64,000 nt of DNA, taken from positions 68,200,001 through 68,264,000 of the forward strand of contig OX597825.1 in the NCBI GenBank assembly GCA_951406725.2, in the 5' to 3' direction. A program made the position numbers and the translations under genes. Source of the DNA: Octopus vulgaris. Taxonomy: Eukaryota. This document shows positions 62,171 through 64,000 of this stretch, in pieces (position 1 is the stretch's first letter; the number at the start of each line of letters is the position of its first letter). Below the pieces are notes generated by a model. That model worked only from the letters and a program-made list of their open reading frames with translations, ran no database searches and was not told the origin of the DNA.

Positions 62171-62283
62171 TATATATTGTTTCTGGTATAAATTAATATT
62201 ACTAAGAAATATTACCGGTCCCCGGCACATTGGGGGAAAAAAAAACTGTCAGTATGCCACATCAGATAGTTTGAGAAGTACTG

Positions 62284-62535
62284 ATCTAGGAGACCAAGTT
62301 AGCAGTGGGGGAGGGAGTTTTAAAAGTGTAGTTGCTAGAATAAAAACAGGCTGGGCAATATTCAGAGAGCTCCTACATTTTTTGGTAACTAAGGGTCTCT
62401 CCTTCAGAATGACAGGCAGATTATATAATGCCTGTGTATGTAAAGCTATGTTACATAGCAGTGAAACATGGGCTTTGAGTACAGAGGACTTGTGAAGGCT
62501 TGAAAGAAATTAAGCTAGCATGCTCTGCTGGATAG
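62284..62535 (+). mobile_element. RTE LINE fragment continuing 61120-61194
   Basis: LGDQVSSGGG...ARIKTGW..FRELL..LVTKGLSFRM.GRLY...SETWAL. Confidence 0.8.
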
Positions 62536-62730
62536 GTAATTCACTCACAATACATTGGTTGACCTGGGGTCATAGAAAAAGATGCTTGCCTGAAGTGCTA
62601 TGCAGTGTGAATGAATTGAAACCACGTGGTTGCAAAGTTAGCTTCTTAACCAAACAGTTATGCCTGTGCTTTTATCTCTTCCAAACAAAATTCATCCAGT
62701 TTTTAGTTGCAATATCATGTTTATAACATC

Positions 62731-63245
62731 ACTCTTTTACTTGTTTCAGTCATTTGACTGTGGCCATGCTGGAGCACCGCCTTTAGTCAAGCAAATCGAC
62801 CCCAGGACTTATTCTTTGCAAGCCTAGTACTTATTCTATTGGTCTCTTTTGCCGAACCGCTAAGTTACGGGGATGTAAACACGCCAGCATCATTTTCATC
62901 ATTATTCTAGAATAACAATTCAGCATCATTATTCTAGAATAAGTACTAGAATAAGTAAGCCTAGTACTTATTCTATCGGTCTCTTTTGCTGAACCGCTAA
63001 GTTACGGGGATGTAAACACACCAGCATAGGTTGTCAAACGATATAGGGGGTACAAACACAGAACACAAACATCTACATATATATGACAGGCTTCTTTCAG
63101 TTTCTGTCTACCAAATCCACTCACAAGGCTTTGGTCAGCCTGAGGCTATAGTAGAAGACACTTGCCCAAGGTGCCACGCAGTGGGACTGAACCCAGAACC
63201 ATGTGGTTGGTAAGCAAGCTACTTACCACACAGCCCCTCCTGTCC
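62731..63245 (-). mobile_element. SINE family A with an internal duplication
   Basis: 62818-62892 repeated at 62956-63028. Confidence 0.85.
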
Positions 63246-63900
63246 ATCAGTTTTGCTGCTTCTGTAGAAGCATCTTCTTGAGTATCTCCTTTACCATGGT
63301 AACTGTTGCCGCTGCTGATGTTATACCACTTATTGCAATAAAACCTCCCTGTACTTCTTCATTGTCTTTGCAAGTAAATAATGCATGTCCTACTTTGCCA
63401 GATATTTTCAACATCTCAGTGACTTTCACTGAAACTCCTGCTGCTTTCTCAGTCATCATATCCTTAATGGCCTGTTTAACCATATAACTGTTAACCTCAA
63501 TAGCAAGTCCCTCCGTTGTACCTACTTAGATTAAATCTCCCCTACTCTCTCTCTTTTCCCAATACATTCCCCTTATTCAACAATCTTATTCAACAAGTCT
63601 TAGCTGGAATGCTTTTGATCAGAAGTTTATGGCTTAGATTTAAGTCTGAGGGATGACTTAAATCTAAGCCATAGCCTCTCGTAGTATCATTTCTACACCA
63701 CTTCTTACTATCATTTGGAGTGAGTACACCATGCTTTACACCAGTGGTGTCTTGATTTACAAACACACTGCTTTGCAATATAAAACACTTCATAGCTCTG
63801 ACCTCAAATTGTGAAACAGCAGAGCATAAGCAAAACTTTTACTTTCATTGCCTTTCCTTGCTGGGGATGGGTGTCTTATGAAAACATTGTAACCAGAATA
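63246..63900 (-). mobile_element. Decayed RTE LINE fragment (pre-RT region)
   Basis: VKQAIKDMMTEKAAGVS...EMLKISG resembles the K.GKA.G.....EMLK motif. Confidence 0.65.
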
Positions 63901-64000
63901 AGGGATGGGTAGACAAAGTTCAGAAAATTATTACCTCTGTTGACACGAAGATGTTCACTCTTCAAGTAAACAGCAGATATGCTTATTTCATATGATATGA

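Larger units (their letters stand above)
61195..62283. mobile_element. hAT (Charlie-like) MITE interrupting an RTE fragment
   Basis: TIR cagtgctactcaaa / tttgagaagtactg; 8 bp TSD atctgggg / atctagga. Confidence 0.7.

Overview
AT-rich, microsatellite- and transposon-dense eukaryotic DNA. The repeat families resemble those of Octopus (coleoid cephalopod); this is an inference. The only protein-coding gene I can reconstruct is a complete VPS33B (Sec1/Munc18 family) on the minus strand: 19 GT-AG exons, 34869->1390, 1809 nt, 602 aa, with every intron phase consistent. The supplied ORF track mostly misses it. The rest of the window is tRNA-head SINEs, RTE/CR1/R4-Dong LINE 3' ends, Tc1/mariner (DD34E, DD37D) relics, TTAA/TA/hAT MITEs, non-autonomous Helitrons and simple repeats. 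The most notable hidden structure is a dispersed set of type I hammerhead ribozyme motifs. Two are intact and show compensatory stem changes, several have long structured loop-II inserts, and they sit in TA-flanked, inverted/direct-repeat modules resembling Penelope-like pseudo-LTRs. Other highlights: a CR1-SINE shared 3' tail with a covarying stem-loop, a TAA-targeted R4/Dong insertion, an inverted copy of the VPS33B 3' region inside its own intron, and a triplicated splice acceptor. Repeat boundaries are approximate and read by eye; no database searches were run.
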